From Octopus bimaculoides (Eukaryota), in assembly GCF_001194135.2 (NCBI RefSeq), contig NC_068981.1, positions 140,591,712 through 140,639,013 of the forward strand: a stretch of 47,302 nt of DNA, written 5' to 3'. Position 1 is the stretch's first letter. Each line of letters starts with the position of its first letter. Below the pieces are notes generated by a model. That model saw only the letters and a program-made list of their open reading frames with translations. It ran no database searches and had not been told where the DNA came from. The translations under genes and the position numbers were made by a program. Shown one piece after another: positions 29,320-41,360 of this stretch.

Positions 29320-29511
29320 GGGAGAATATACGAAAAAACAACAACAGACGAGGACAGGTGGTGTAAATAACAAAAGGATGTATTAGTATGACGCTCGGGA
29401 ATACGGAAAGTCTTTGACGTTTCGAGCTACGCTCTTCAACAGAAAGAATACGGAGACAAGGAGAAAAACACGGAGAAAAAATATTGAATAGTGTCCAGTC
29501 AACGGTCAAGC
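29320..29511 (-). mobile_element. Probable Penelope-like element terminal-repeat (pLTR) fragment
   Basis: It carries a minimal hammerhead fold with an ACGU palindromic stem III, a layout reported for PLE termini. A second copy lies at 15540-15645. No PLE ORF is adjacent, so the assignment is inferred. Confidence 0.55.
29411..29447 (-). ncRNA. Minimal type I hammerhead ribozyme motif with an A6U core variant
   Basis: The minus strand reads UCUUU-CUGUUGA-A-GAGC-GUA-GCUC-GAAAC-GUC-AAAGA. This gives stem I UCUUU/AAAGA (5 bp), stem II GAGC/GCUC (4 bp), GAAA, an AC/GU stem III and a GUC cleavage triplet. Confidence 0.65.
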
Positions 29512-30040
29512 ATATATATATATATATATAGTTATGCATATATATAATATATATATATATATANNNNNNNNNNNNNNNNNNNNNNNNNNNNNNNNNNNNN
29601 NNNNNNNNNNNNNNNNNNNNNNNNNNNNNNNNNNNNNNNNNNNNNNNNNNNNNNNNNNNNNNNNNNNNNNNNNNNNNNNNNNNNNNNNNNNNNNNNNNNN
29701 NNNNNNNNNNNNNNNNNNNNNNNNNNNNNNNNNNNNNNNNNNNNNNNNNNNNNNNNNNNNNNNNNNNNNNNNNNNNNNNNNNNNNNNNNNNNNNNNNNNN
29801 NNNNNNNNNNNNNNNNNNNNNNNNNNNNNNNNNNNNNNNNNNNNNNNNNNNNNNNNNNNNNNNNNNNNNNNNNNNNNNNNNNNNNNNNNNNNNNNNNNNN
29901 NNNNNNNNNNNNNNNNNNNNNNNNNNNNNNNNNNNNNNNNNNNNNNNNNNNNNNNNNNNNNNNNNNNNNNNNNNNNNNNNNNNNNNNNNNNNNNNNNNNN
30001 NNNNNNNNNNNNNNNNNCATATATATTATATATACATAAC

Positions 30041-30071
<31 letters not shown>

Positions 30072-30917
30072 TTTCAACGAAAAAAAAAAGAAAATGGTGA
30101 TTAGGAACTTAATAATTGTTTATAAGTAACAGTAAATTGATCATCTTCACTTACAGTTGTTTTAAATGTTTTCAATTAGTACTCATTAAGTATTATATTT
30201 GTGACATGAACACGATATCATCAGAGGGAAAGTGATGTACATTTGGATGTTATATATGTGCTTATGAATTCATTTTAGTCTCCTACAATTGTTTATTGAG
30301 TATTAATAGAAACAGATGGAAGTGAAGATGACAAAGTTGCTGTTNNNNNNNNNNNNNNNNNNNNNNNNNNNNNNNNNNNNNNNNNNNNNNNNNNNNNNNN
30401 NNNNNNNNNNNNNNNNNNNNNNNNNNNNNNNNNNNNNNNNNNNNNNNNNNNNNNNNNNNNNNNNNNNNNNNNNNNNNNNNNNNNNNNNNNNNNNNNNNNN
30501 NNNNNNNNNNNNNNNNNNNNNNNNNNNNNNNNNNNNNNNNNNNNNNNNNNNNNNNNNNNNNNNNNNNNNNNNNNNNNNNNNNNNNNNNNNNNNNNNNNNN
30601 NNNNNNNNNNNNNNNNNNNNNNNNNNNNNNNNNNNNNNNNNNNNNNNNNNNNNNNNNNNNNNNNNNNNNNNNNNNNNNNNNNNNNNNNNNNNNNNNNNNN
30701 NNNNNNNNNNNNNNNNNNNNNNNNNNNNNNNNNNNNNNNNNNNNNNNNNNNNNNNNNNNNNNNNNNNNNNNNNNNNNNNNNNNNNNNNNNNNNNNNNNNN
30801 NNNNNNNNNNNNNNNNNNNNNNNNNNNNNNNNNNNNNNNNNNNNNNNNNNNNNNNNNNNNNNNNNNNNNNNNNNNNNNNNNNNNNNNNNNNNNNNNNNNN
30901 NNNNNNNNNNNNNNNNN

Positions 30918-31330
30918 CGAACCAAATGGTTTCGGGTTCAGTCTCACTGCATGGCACCCTAGGTAACTGTCTTCTACTATAGCCTCGGGCCGGCCAAAGC
31001 CTTGTGAGTGGATTTGGTTGACGGAAGCTGAAAGAAGCCCGTCGTATATATGTATTCATATGTGTGTGTGTGTGTGTGCGTGTGCGCGTGTGTGTGTGTG
31101 TGCGTGTATGTTTGTGTGTCTGTGTCTGTCCCCCAATATAGCTTGACAACCGATGCTGGTGTGTTTACGTCCCCGTAACTTAGCGCTTCGGCAAAAGAGA
31201 CCGATAGAATAAGTACAAGGCTTACAAAGAATAAGTCCTGGGGCCTATTTGCTAGACTAAAGGCGATGCTCCAGCATGGCCGCAGTCAAATGACTGAAAC
31301 AAGTAAAAGAGTAAAAGTGTAAAAGAGTAT
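30918..31330 (+). mobile_element. SINE family B (tRNA-like head cut by the gap, CORE-like segment, internal TA/TG microsatellite, gtaaaaga tail)
   Basis: B-box-like ggtttcgggttcagtc, then ggcaccctaggtaactgtctt (CORE-like), internal (TG)n and a gtaaaaga repeat tail. It is the mirror image of the copy at 36257-36653. Confidence 0.85.
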
Positions 31331-32074
31331 TGAGAATACTGAGGGATGCTATGAATAATCTGAGACTTTTAGAAAATTTCCGTTATTACTACAAATAAGA
31401 ATAATTTCCGTGAACGTGTGGTGAATGGTCATTGACAGTTATTTCTTCAAATATAACGTAAACTACACACGTTTCACCTCAGGTCCGAGACACCCGTAAT
31501 CGAGTTGCGTCATGTATTGCTTATCGGAACCACAGAATAATCGTCATGGTTACTCGAAACAGCATTCAGAAGTCATTTAGGAACTACTTGTCATTTACGC
31601 GGAATTCATTGAAAATAACATGAGGAATTGGGTAATCCCTTAGTTCATGGTTCAACAGTGCAATTAAATGCACTGAAATAGTACAGATATACTATAGTAT
31701 AACACTAATATCCCAAAATATATATACATATATATGTGGGATCGATTTCTTAAAATGCCACTTTATTCTAATCGCACGTGAGCGAATGAAAGCATGTATG
31801 ATTGTCTATACTTTGTGTTTTTCTTCTATACTCTGCGGCTTTATACTAAATTCATTCTGAGTTTAAACTTTGGATTTACATTTTATCTGACAGTTGAAGG
31901 TAAATTTACGGGGATTATAAAGATTTTTACCGGACAATTTAGTTAGCTAAATTTGATCGCTGCTGATTGCTTAAAACTATTCGCCCTGATATATCATCCG
32001 TTTTTCTTTACGGACATACATACGTAAATACATACATACATATACATACATACGTATACAAACACACACACACT

Positions 32075-32118
<44 letters not shown>

Positions 32119-32122
<4 letters not shown>

Positions 32123-33354
32123 GGTTGGACAAAATAATGGAAACACCTTACAATTTCCAAAAAATTAATTTTAATGTGGAGTAGGACCGCCTTTGGCAGT
32201 AATTACAGCTTGAATTCTACGAGCTGTGGATTCATACAAAGTTTGAATTGTTTCCAAAGGAATTTCTGTCCATTCTTCAGCTAAAACATTCTCCAGTTCT
32301 TATAGTGATGATGGTGGTGGATATCGACTTCTTACTTGCTTTTCTAAAATGCACCATAAATAAATGTTCAATGATATTGAGATCTGAGGACTGTGCTGGC
32401 CAGATAAGATGTTGAACTTCACTAGAATGTTCCTCATGCCATTTAGTAAGAGCTTTAGCTGTGTGAATTGGTGCATTATCATCCTGAAAGATTGCTTTCC
32501 CTACGGAAACAGCTCTGCGACCATAGGATGAATATGATCAGATAAATGCTTAAATATTAATTCTTTCATGAAGGGAAACCATTGGGCCGGCGGATTTCCA
32601 AGATATAGCCCCCCTCCTCTTCCATGTTTAACAGTTGGAAGAAGGCAGTCTGGGTCAAATGCTTCTTTTAGATGTCTCCACACGTATAATCGGCCAGTGG
32701 TCAGAAATAAGGTAAAGGATTACACGTCTGAGAAAATAACATTCTTCCACTGCTCTAGGGACTAATTCTATAGGTTTTCATTCCACTCTAAATGCTATTC
32801 AAAGTTTGTCTTTGAAATTAGTGGTTTTCTAATTGCAGCCCTTCCGTGAAATCTGGTTATGTGCAGCTCCCGGCGAACAGTTTTTGTGGAAACTGGGTTT
32901 TCGAGGTGGTCATTAAGCGCTGCGGGTAATTTTGGTAGCTGTACTTTTGTGATCCCTTCTAACAATTCACGTAAGAATACGACAGTCCCTACCGGAAAGT
33001 TTTGGTTTTCTTCCGGAGTTTTGTTTCGACAAGGAGGTTTTTTCCCTCTTTTTCAAAGGCTGTCATTACTTTCGAGACAGTACCTCTCGATACATCAAGC
33101 ATTTTGGCTGTTTTCATTGCGCTAGCACCTGCTATACGAGCACCAACAATTTCACCTCTTTGAAAGTCCGATAGATCTGTCATGTAAATGATTTTTAATT
33201 AGCTTTTTCTGAAAAGAAACAGAAATTGTAGCAAAACATATTATCTAACACTATTAATAAATCAAAAAATATAAAAATAAACAAGCTTCTGACGGTTTTA
33301 TAGATATTTCAAACTTACGATGCTATGTGTTTCCATTATTTTATCCAACCCCTA
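32119..33354 (-). mobile_element. Full-length Tc1-family (DD34E) DNA transposon, about 1.24 kb, inserted in (TA)n
   Basis: Left TIR cataggttggacaaaataatggaaacac. The right end reverse-complements to taggggttggataaaataatggaaacac. TA repeats lie on both sides. Confidence 0.93.
32171..33183 (-). pseudogene. Disrupted Tc1 transposase
   Basis: MTDLSDFQRGEIVGARIAGASAMKTAKMLDVSRGTVSKVM (paired-like HTH), WKNVIFSDV*SF (first D), CLLPTVKHG, QDDNAPIHTA (second D), WPAQSSDLNIIEHL (E) and RRIQAVITAKGGPTPH* ending at 32171-32173. Several stops and frameshifts. Confidence 0.92.
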
Positions 33355-33978
33355 TATATATAAATATATATANNNNNNNNNNNNNNNNNNNNNNNNNNNN
33401 NNNNNNNNNNNNNNNNNNNNNNNNNNNNNNNNNNNNNNNNNNNNNNNNNNNNNNNNNNNNNNNNNNNNNNNNNNNNNNNNNNNNNNNNNNNNNNNNNNNN
33501 NNNNNNNNNNNNNNNNNNNNNNNNNNNNNNNNNNNNNNNNNNNNNNNNNNNNNNNNNNNNNNNNNNNNNNNNNNNNNNNNNNNNNNNNNNNNNNNNNNNN
33601 NNNNNNNNNNNNNNNNNNNNNNNNNNNNNNNNNNNNNNNNNNNNNNNNNNNNNNNNNNNNNNNNNNNNNNNNNNNNNNNNNNNNNNNNNNNNNNNNNNNN
33701 NNNNNNNNNNNNNNNNNNNNNNNNNNNNNNNNNNNNNNNNNNNNNNNNNNNNNNNNNNNNNNNNNNNNNNNNNNNNNNNNNNNNNNNNNNNNNNNNNNNN
33801 NNNNNNNNNNNNNNNNNNNNNNNNNNNNNNNNNNNNNNNNNNNNNNNNNNNNNNNNNNNNNNNNNNNNNNNNNNNNNNNNNNNNNNNNNNNNNNNNNNNN
33901 NNNNNNNNNNNNNNNNNNNNNNNNNNNNNNNNNNNNNNNNNNNNNNNNNNNNNNNNNNNNNNNNNNNNNNNNNNNNNN

Positions 33979-34020
<42 letters not shown>

Positions 34021-34784
34021 AATATCTAGATATATAGTGAAAAAAGATATTTATATCAATGTTACTTATGACTGTTTGGAAATTTCCTGAGTATATATAC
34101 TCAATGCTCACACACTACCATACACAAAATAACATAACACGGCTATTTCAATAAACAAAAGACTTACTATCACAATTATTACTTCAAACATTTACATCAA
34201 GAAGTCAGGTAGAACATCCTTCAGAAGATATAAAACGAAAATCATTAAGTCAATTTTTCTTCACAAGAGATACTACTTTAAAATGAGAAAAGGGTCATAA
34301 AGAGTGCTGCTCTGAACAATATTATGTATCTATCCTCCAGAGTCATTAAATATTCTCTATGAACTTAACATCATCTCATTAACCGCATAAAAAAGCTGTT
34401 TTCAATAGTCTTCAGCAAGTAGTCGTAAGAGAACCTACATATTACTTAGTATTCAGTGTATTATTTTTCGTTTGAAAGGCTACATATCATAAGGTTAGTC
34501 TTGTTAATCTATTCTAATGTATTAGATTCCCCTATGGCATATAAATGTGTCGTTACATATTTACTATTCGTGATTTTATCATCAGGAAACGAATGTATAT
34601 TAACGATAATTCCAAATGTTTGATGTAACTGTAATATCAATAGCCACGTTGTAAACACCAATTTAATGGTTCCCCGATGCATACCAATGAAAACCATCAT
34701 CTCTCCACAGAAATCCACAAACATACACGCAGAAATATATATCAATATCACATACATATATCTATATCCTCATGGTTATATACT

Positions 34785-34789
<5 letters not shown>

Positions 34790-34877
<88 letters not shown>

Positions 34878-34888
34878 NNNNNNNNNNN

Positions 34889-34975
<87 letters not shown>

Positions 34976-35070
34976 TGTATCTATATAAATATGTGTATAC
35001 ACAACATACAGACTCACACACGCGCGGACACACCCACACACACACACACATACACGCACACACATACATG
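34790..35070. repeat. (CA)n(TA)n block repeated on both sides of an 11-nt gap
   Basis: Direct. It may be a duplicated contig end. Confidence 0.85.
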
Positions 35071-35467
35071 AAGGCATGCATATATGTAGTAGGTGTATAT
35101 ATTTTTGTGTAGATAGACAGAAACAGAGGGGATAAAGAATGAATGAGAAAGAGAAGGTAAGGAAGTGTGCGTAAATAGAAAGGGAGAAAATGAACGTGAA
35201 AACGAACAAACGTGGTAATACAGAAGGTATTTGAATTATGAATAAATGAAGACTAGTGGTAAATATGTGGTAAAGGGTTCTGTATTTCGTTTGGGCGTAC
35301 GGATAGGTGTTGTTTTATTTTTGGGGAATAACCATTTGGGGAAACCTAAGGGCGTTGTTTATTATGATTGTATATACAGACGTATATACATTTATATAAT
35401 CCCAAACTTATCTTACAATACTATTATCCGTATACCTGTTGCACAAACACCTCCTCTCATATATATT

Positions 35468-35650
35468 GCTTTGAAATTTTGGCAGAAGTTCAGTAATTTC
35501 GAGGAGAGGCGAAGTCAATTATATTGACTCCAGGGCTCAACTGGTATCTTAGTTTATTGACCCTGAAAGAATGGGAAGCCAGGTTGAATTTGAATTCAGA
35601 ACGTAAAGAGGTACGAAATGCCACTAAGCATTTTTGCACGTTGTCTTAAT
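35468..35650 (-). mobile_element. SINE family A, first unit of a tandem pair
   Basis: ttgaaattttggca, caactggta, gaccctgaaagaatg and gaatttgaattcagaacgtaaagaggtacgaaatgccactaagcattt match the reverse strand of family A. Confidence 0.75.
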
Positions 35651-35845
35651 CAATGGTTTCAAATTTTGGCACAAAATTAGTAGTTTCGTGAAAGGGGGCA
35701 AGAAGATTGCATCGACCCCATTGCTCAACTGCTAATTATTTTATGGACATTGAAATGATAGAAGGCAAAGACTATTAGAGCAGAATTTGAACTTAGAACA
35801 TAAAGACGTACGAAATACCGATAAGCATTTTGCGGACATGCTAAC
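35651..35845 (-). mobile_element. SINE family A, second unit of a tandem pair
   Basis: ggtttcaaattttggcacaa, catcgacccc, gaaggcaaag and gaatttgaacttagaacataaagacgtacgaaataccgataagcattttgcggacatgctaac. Confidence 0.78.
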
Positions 35846-36256
35846 AAAATATATTACTGTAACATTTATGGAGCCAAAACCCATCTCCAATGTACGGGCA
35901 ATGAAAATGCATTTTCACACGTACATGGTGTCGGAAATGGAGGCGTTATTGAATATTTGAAAGTATTCGAAATTTCAAACTTTGAGGACTGTTCTGGTGC
36001 TAAAGAATCCTAATAAAACTTAAAATTTAGAGACGTATGAACTTATGCAACTGATTTGCTTTCCTTTCTCAGAAAATTTATTTTATATGAATACCTATTT
36101 TCTATGACATGTAGACACAATTTTTCTATCATATGTAATTTATGCTCCCTCCTACATCAAAACAACCTCACTTTCATCAAATTGATTTATAGGAGACAAT
36201 GTTTTATTCGACAAATACATAGATATATGCATATGTGATGTGTGTATGTATATATA

Positions 36257-36653
36257 TCTTATTTGGTTTAGCCATCAGACTGCGGCCACACTGGAGCACT
36301 GCCCTGAAAAGTTTTTAGTCAAATACATTCACCCCAGTACTTAATTTTGTTAAGCCTGGTATCTATTTTAACGGTCTCTTCCGTCGAACCTCTAAGTCAC
36401 TGGTACATAAGCACACCATCAACAGTTGTGAAGTGGTGGTGCGGGATTGGGATGAATAGACACCAAGATATATGCATGTATAGATATATGCATACGAGGA
36501 GTTTCTTTCAGTTTCCGTCTAACAAATCTACATTCGTGGACTTGCTCATCTCGGGGCTATATAAGACACTGCCCCAGGTGTCACGCAGTCAGACTGAACA
36601 TGGAACCATGTGGTTGGGAATCAAACTTCTTATACACACAGCCACTCTTGCCT
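36257..36653 (-). mobile_element. SINE family B, near full length
   Basis: Reverse match to 30918-31330 through gactgcggcc, ctggagcac, ttcagtttccgtc and aagacactgccccaggtgtcacgcag. The head ggaaccatgtggttggg...cacacagccactcttgcc is tRNA-like. Confidence 0.82.
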
Positions 36654-36681
36654 CTTGCGTATGTATTTGTAAATGTACCTA

Positions 36682-37061
36682 CAGGGTGCGATGGGTAAAT
36701 CGTCACCATTTTATATTTCTAATTTCGCGCATGCGCATTGGTTGTTTTTGATTTTTGTTGGCTACACATTGTGGAAGATTAAGTTGGGCACCGTCTGTGA
36801 GAGAAAAAAAAAAGCAGCATGACACACATTACTCTGCCAGGAATTTTGAAACGACACATTGTCCTGCTTGGCATTCACTCCGGAAGCTCCAACAAGAACA
36901 AACAAGAGTGATTCAAATCAAAAATTCAGTCAACCTCATGATGTTCGGAGTGTTCACTCGTGATGGCGACGTTATGCCCCAGTTCATCGTCCCATACGGC
37001 TTCAGACTCAACACGGAGTGCCTGGAGTAGGCTGTGCTCCCTTGGGTGAAGAGGGTGGCTG
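36682..37061 (+). mobile_element. Internally deleted Tc1/mariner fragment, maT (DD37D)-like
   Basis: TA plus cagggtg terminus at 36680-36688. The peptide NLMMFGVFTRDGDVMPQFIVPYGFRLNTECLE*AVLPWVKRVA resembles the VMVWG..S.GDVMPP.F..GL..N...LPW region of maT-type transposases (from memory). No right TIR is seen. Confidence 0.6.
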
Positions 37062-37178
37062 TAATTTTGGTAAATATATCTGTTAAGTTGCGAAGTCAGT
37101 GTAATTTTCACTATATANNNNNNNNNNNNNNNNNNNNNNNNNNNNNNNNNNNTATATATATATATATATATATATATA

Positions 37179-37460
37179 TGTCGTATGATCCAATAAGTAT
37201 TCGGCCTTTTGCCATAGTACCAAAGATAAAGCATATTCAATGAATGCGCTTAGTGCAGATTGATCTTGAACTCTGCTGTCCATGCGCACTAAGTTTTAAC
37301 TCACTAGCTTACTTCTGATGTTTATAGCAGTGCTTTGAAAGAAGGTGTGTAGCATGCGATAGTCGCATTGACCATGATAGAGAAACTTGAGCAGAGAATC
37401 TACATCGAATTTTGCCAAAAGCATGGCGATACTTGCTTAGAGGCCTACACAAAGTTTTCA
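37179..37460 (+). mobile_element. Mariner 5' end (TIR, leader, about 30 codons), truncated
   Basis: TA then tgtcgtatgatccaataagtattcggcc (TIR-like). ORF MIEKLEQRIYIEFCQKHGDTCLEAYTK matches the EQR..IKFC.K.G start of irritans/mellifera-type transposases. Confidence 0.75.
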
Positions 37461-38012
37461 AAATATTTTTATCGTTCTTTACATAAACAAAACGTTGTGC
37501 AACTGAAATCCGAGTGTCAGTTTGGTCAAGTGAAAGCCGTTTTGGCACAAACGTGACAGACCTGTGTTTCCTAACCAAATCTTCAACGATATAGACTGAA
37601 CTGAACCGTAACTAATCTGGACATCCTCTGATAACTCACGGATGGATGCTGATTCAACGATTTATTCTCACAGCACATTTGCGATGTTTTTCTTTAGTTC
37701 TGCTGGTTGCTGGTGTCCTAGAACGTTCATCAATATCGACGTCTTTTGGCCATCTTGGAAACGTCTGAACTACACAAACACTTGCGTGCGGCTCATACAT
37801 TCTCCTCCATATACATTCTGCAATATTTCGTAGGCTTCATAGCCTGAATGGCCATGACAGCTTTCTATGTCATAACCAACGCGACAATCACGTTACAGAC
37901 GTTCCATCCAAGCACTGCTGTAAATAGGCCAATCTTTGACAATCGGCCTCACTCTATGCGCTTTAGCTTCGTTACTATGGTAATAGTCCGGAAACTTATT
38001 GATCAAACCATA
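37450..38012 (-). mobile_element. Mariner 5' half (TIR to just before the first catalytic D), opposite orientation
   Basis: The reverse strand reads TA then tatggtttgatcaataagtttccggact. Peptides include GHSGYEAYEILQNVYGGECMSRTQVFV*FRRFQDG, DERSRTPATSRT, SIRELSEDVQISYGSVQSI and SVTFVPKRLSLDQTDTRISVA (FVPK.L equals the WVPHEL-position motif). Confidence 0.85.
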
Positions 38013-38345
38013 TAGGCATGGCTGTGTGGCAATAAATTTTCCTCTGTATAAGTATAGAGCGAACATAACCATAATTCATAACTATAAAACTTGACGAACC
38101 AAAGCGTTTGCGAGCGGATATGGTAGACGGATATTGTATGCATACTCACACATTTATACATACATAAATACACACACATATATATATACATATACTCGTG
38201 TATTTGTGCATGTATGTGTGTATTTCTGTTCTGTTAGTTTCCTCCACCGCTTGACAACTGGTGTTGGTTTGGTTATGTCGCAGGCAAAAAGAGAGTCAGA
38301 AAAATAGCATAAATGGCAAAGTCAAAAGACTGAAAAATAAAAAAA
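38013..38345 (+). mobile_element. SINE family B, strongly decayed copy
   Basis: Head ggcatggctgtgtgg, internal TA/TG run, cgcttgacaactggtgttggt, ggcaaaaagagag and agtcaaaagactgaaa are colinear with 30918-31330. Confidence 0.55.
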
Positions 38346-41131
38346 ATATAAAATAATACATAGATATGTGGAACCCATTAGGTATTTAAAAAAATTACAA
38401 TGCTCACCGGGGAAGTACTATATTACAGTTATCGATGTTACTGTAATAGTTTCTGCTCTGCTCTGGTGAAGCAGATATATAATGAAAGTCATTCTTATTC
38501 GAGCATATCGTTTTTCTGCATACACACATATATATATATATATATATATATGCATACACACAAACACACACACACACATATATATATATGATATGTATGC
38601 ATATCTAGAGAGAGAGAAAGAGAGTGAGATGTAGATAAACACAATATATATGCACGTATATACATTATAGAAAGATTATGCGATTAGATATAATACATTT
38701 TTATAACTACATATATTCAGAAGGTATATATATATACTTATGTTTATGGAGAGCATACAGAATACTAAGGAAGGGGAGTTAGTATTTCATCTCGACAGTT
38801 GTTTCTGGAAGTTCGGACTTACGTGATAATCATAATGTTGATAATCAGCAAATGAAATGTGCAAAAGATATTGGGTATTGAACCACTAAATAGCCACATA
38901 GATACATCGTTATAAGCTCGGTTTCGTCTGTCAAGGGAAGGGTGGCTAAAGTCAGCATTATCAGGAGAATATAGCTTCTCCCGAAATTTTCTTGATAAAG
39001 GATGCCGAAATGATATGTGTGTGCGTGTGTATGTGTTTGTGTGTGCATAAGGAAGCATGTATGTATTTATATATTTATATAAGTCTGCGATCTCCAATAC
39101 ATGTTAAAGTTGGGAAATGAAATCGTTCCGATGTGTAGTATTAGATTCGTGACCTCAGTTGTCTCGCTCGAACGACTACGTATATTCATACCTTATTGGC
39201 TCAATCTTGAAAAGTGTAGGTGGCATAAAGTCACCGGATATCAATAACTGTTTGAGGAGTGTTGTTATAGATGTTTGTGGAATTGTTATTAAGTGGGGGG
39301 TTTCCGAGTAATGCGCCTGCTAATGTCATGTAGGGTGAGTTGCTTTGAAGCATTGATAAAATTAAAAAAAGATATTATATCTCCATGGTGTCTTGTTATT
39401 CAGATTCTTTGTAAGAAATATTTCGATTGTACCCATGATGGCAATAAGTGTTAAGGCAATTAATCTCTATGACGTCTCTAAATGCAAGCTCGTAGGAGTA
39501 ATTATATTTGTCTAGTGTAAAGCATGGATGCGGTTAGTCGAACTGAAATATATTCCCGAAACCATGCATGCAGAAACAATTAAGTCCCACGAAAAAATCA
39601 CTTTTAAAATTATATGTTCAGTTTTATTTATTTATTCATTTATTTATTTTTATTTATTTATTTCACGAATGTTTAGCGGGTGACGTATTTGTGTGCCTAA
39701 CACAGTCACATACTTGTGTTGAAATGTGTTGTAGATTTAATAACTTTTCATGTGTCTAACTACAAAGACAGACATGACGGAGGAAGGAAGAACGAAAAGG
39801 CGGAAGTGATACAAAAAGACGATAAAAATAGTAAGAGACTAAAACAACGTGATGAGTTAGTGTAACTCACAAGTATATGGTGTTGGCAATTTGCGGTCCT
39901 CGTATTTGTTTGAACATTTTTTTCTCATCACTGTCTCCTACATAACTTCAGAACTGTCATACATATTATAGACACAGTAGGTCTTCTGTCAATGTGCTGA
40001 CTTCTTACGAGATGTATGGCACGCGCTCTTCAGAGAAATATCTATTGCCTAAGTATGTGTGTTTGTGTGTGGTGGGGTTATCTTTTGTGATTAAGCAAAA
40101 TTTTGAAGGAAAACGACGGATAAATTTTTAATATATCTTTAATTTTTGTAGGAGCAAAGCTTTCTTCTAAAGTATTTTCAAATTCATTGTGCCTTGAGAT
40201 AAATGCTACAAATAAGCTCATATTGCACACACTTATGAGCAAAATATTACAACTGTAACCATTTTATCTTCTGTTCGGTTTTTTGTAAGCCACACTTTGT
40301 TAACATTTTCTGTCAACTGATGGCAATTTCGATGCGATTGAACAAGCAATTTTGAGGGACAAACACAAACACACACACACAAACAGTTCGGTCACTGACC
40401 ATGTAACACCTCAGCTCGTAAGTTACCCCATTATTTCGTTTTTGTCTTGCTATTACATGTTTTATTATGAACTCCCTGAAGAGAAATAAATGAGGACTCC
40501 AACAGCTCTTTCTTCTTTGTGAAAGACGATCATTTATTTCGAAACATATATGTAGGAATTAAAGGAACTTTCATCGACATGCGTTTTGCTCCATTTATTA
40601 TTATNNNNNNNNNNNNNNNNNNNNNNNNNNNNNNNNNNNNNNNNNNNNNNNNNNNNNNNNNNNNNNNNNNNNNNNNNNNNNNNNNNNNNNNNNNNNNNNN
40701 NNNNNNNNNNNNNNNNNNNNNNNNNNNNNNNNNNNNNNNNNNNNNNNNNNNNNNNNNNNTATATATATATATATGCTTGTACACAAAACATACATAGATA
40801 TTGGTTCTCTGCAACTTAATATGATAAAGGAGACCATTATGTATATTCGCGCTATGGACATATTTAAATAAGTTAAGAAAACATTTCTTGAAATATCTCT
40901 AATTTGCAGTTGTATTTAGTTATAAGTCTCAGCCATATGAACACCTCCTTTCATTTAAAAGTACGACATTGATATATCTATGGAGAAGTAATATGGGATA
41001 TTTTGCTATGCTATTTGCACTCTAAAATCGTATCTTACAGTATTTATTGAAATAGACTTGCAGTTATTTGGTAACTATTTCTAGCATGTCGAGCAACAAC
41101 TTAGGGGTATATGCGTAATTGTATGTCCCTA

Positions 41132-41177
<46 letters not shown>
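41132..41177. repeat. (CTA)n microsatellite
   Basis: Direct: about 15 perfect units. Confidence 0.95.
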
Positions 41178-41360
41178 AGGTGACGCGCTACCAGCATCGT
41201 TAGCACGCCGGATAAAATGCTCAGCGGTACATCGTCCTACTTTACGTTCTGAGTTCAAATTCCGCTGAGGTCGATTTTGCCTCTAATTTGTTTTTTTTTG
41301 CAGATGATTAACTGAGTGCTAGCCGAGCACTGGAGGGTCGATGTAATCAAGTAGTTCTTC
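41178..41360 (+). mobile_element. SINE family A with intact-looking head
   Basis: aggtgacgcgctaccagcatcgttagcacgccgg...tttacgttctgagttcaaattccgctgaggtcgattttgcct. Contains the B-box-like gagttcaaattcc. Confidence 0.82.

Noticed and set aside
34790-34975. Apparent tandem duplication of a (CA)n(TA)n block
   Set aside because: The copies sit on either side of an 11-nt gap, so overlapping contig ends are the simpler explanation.
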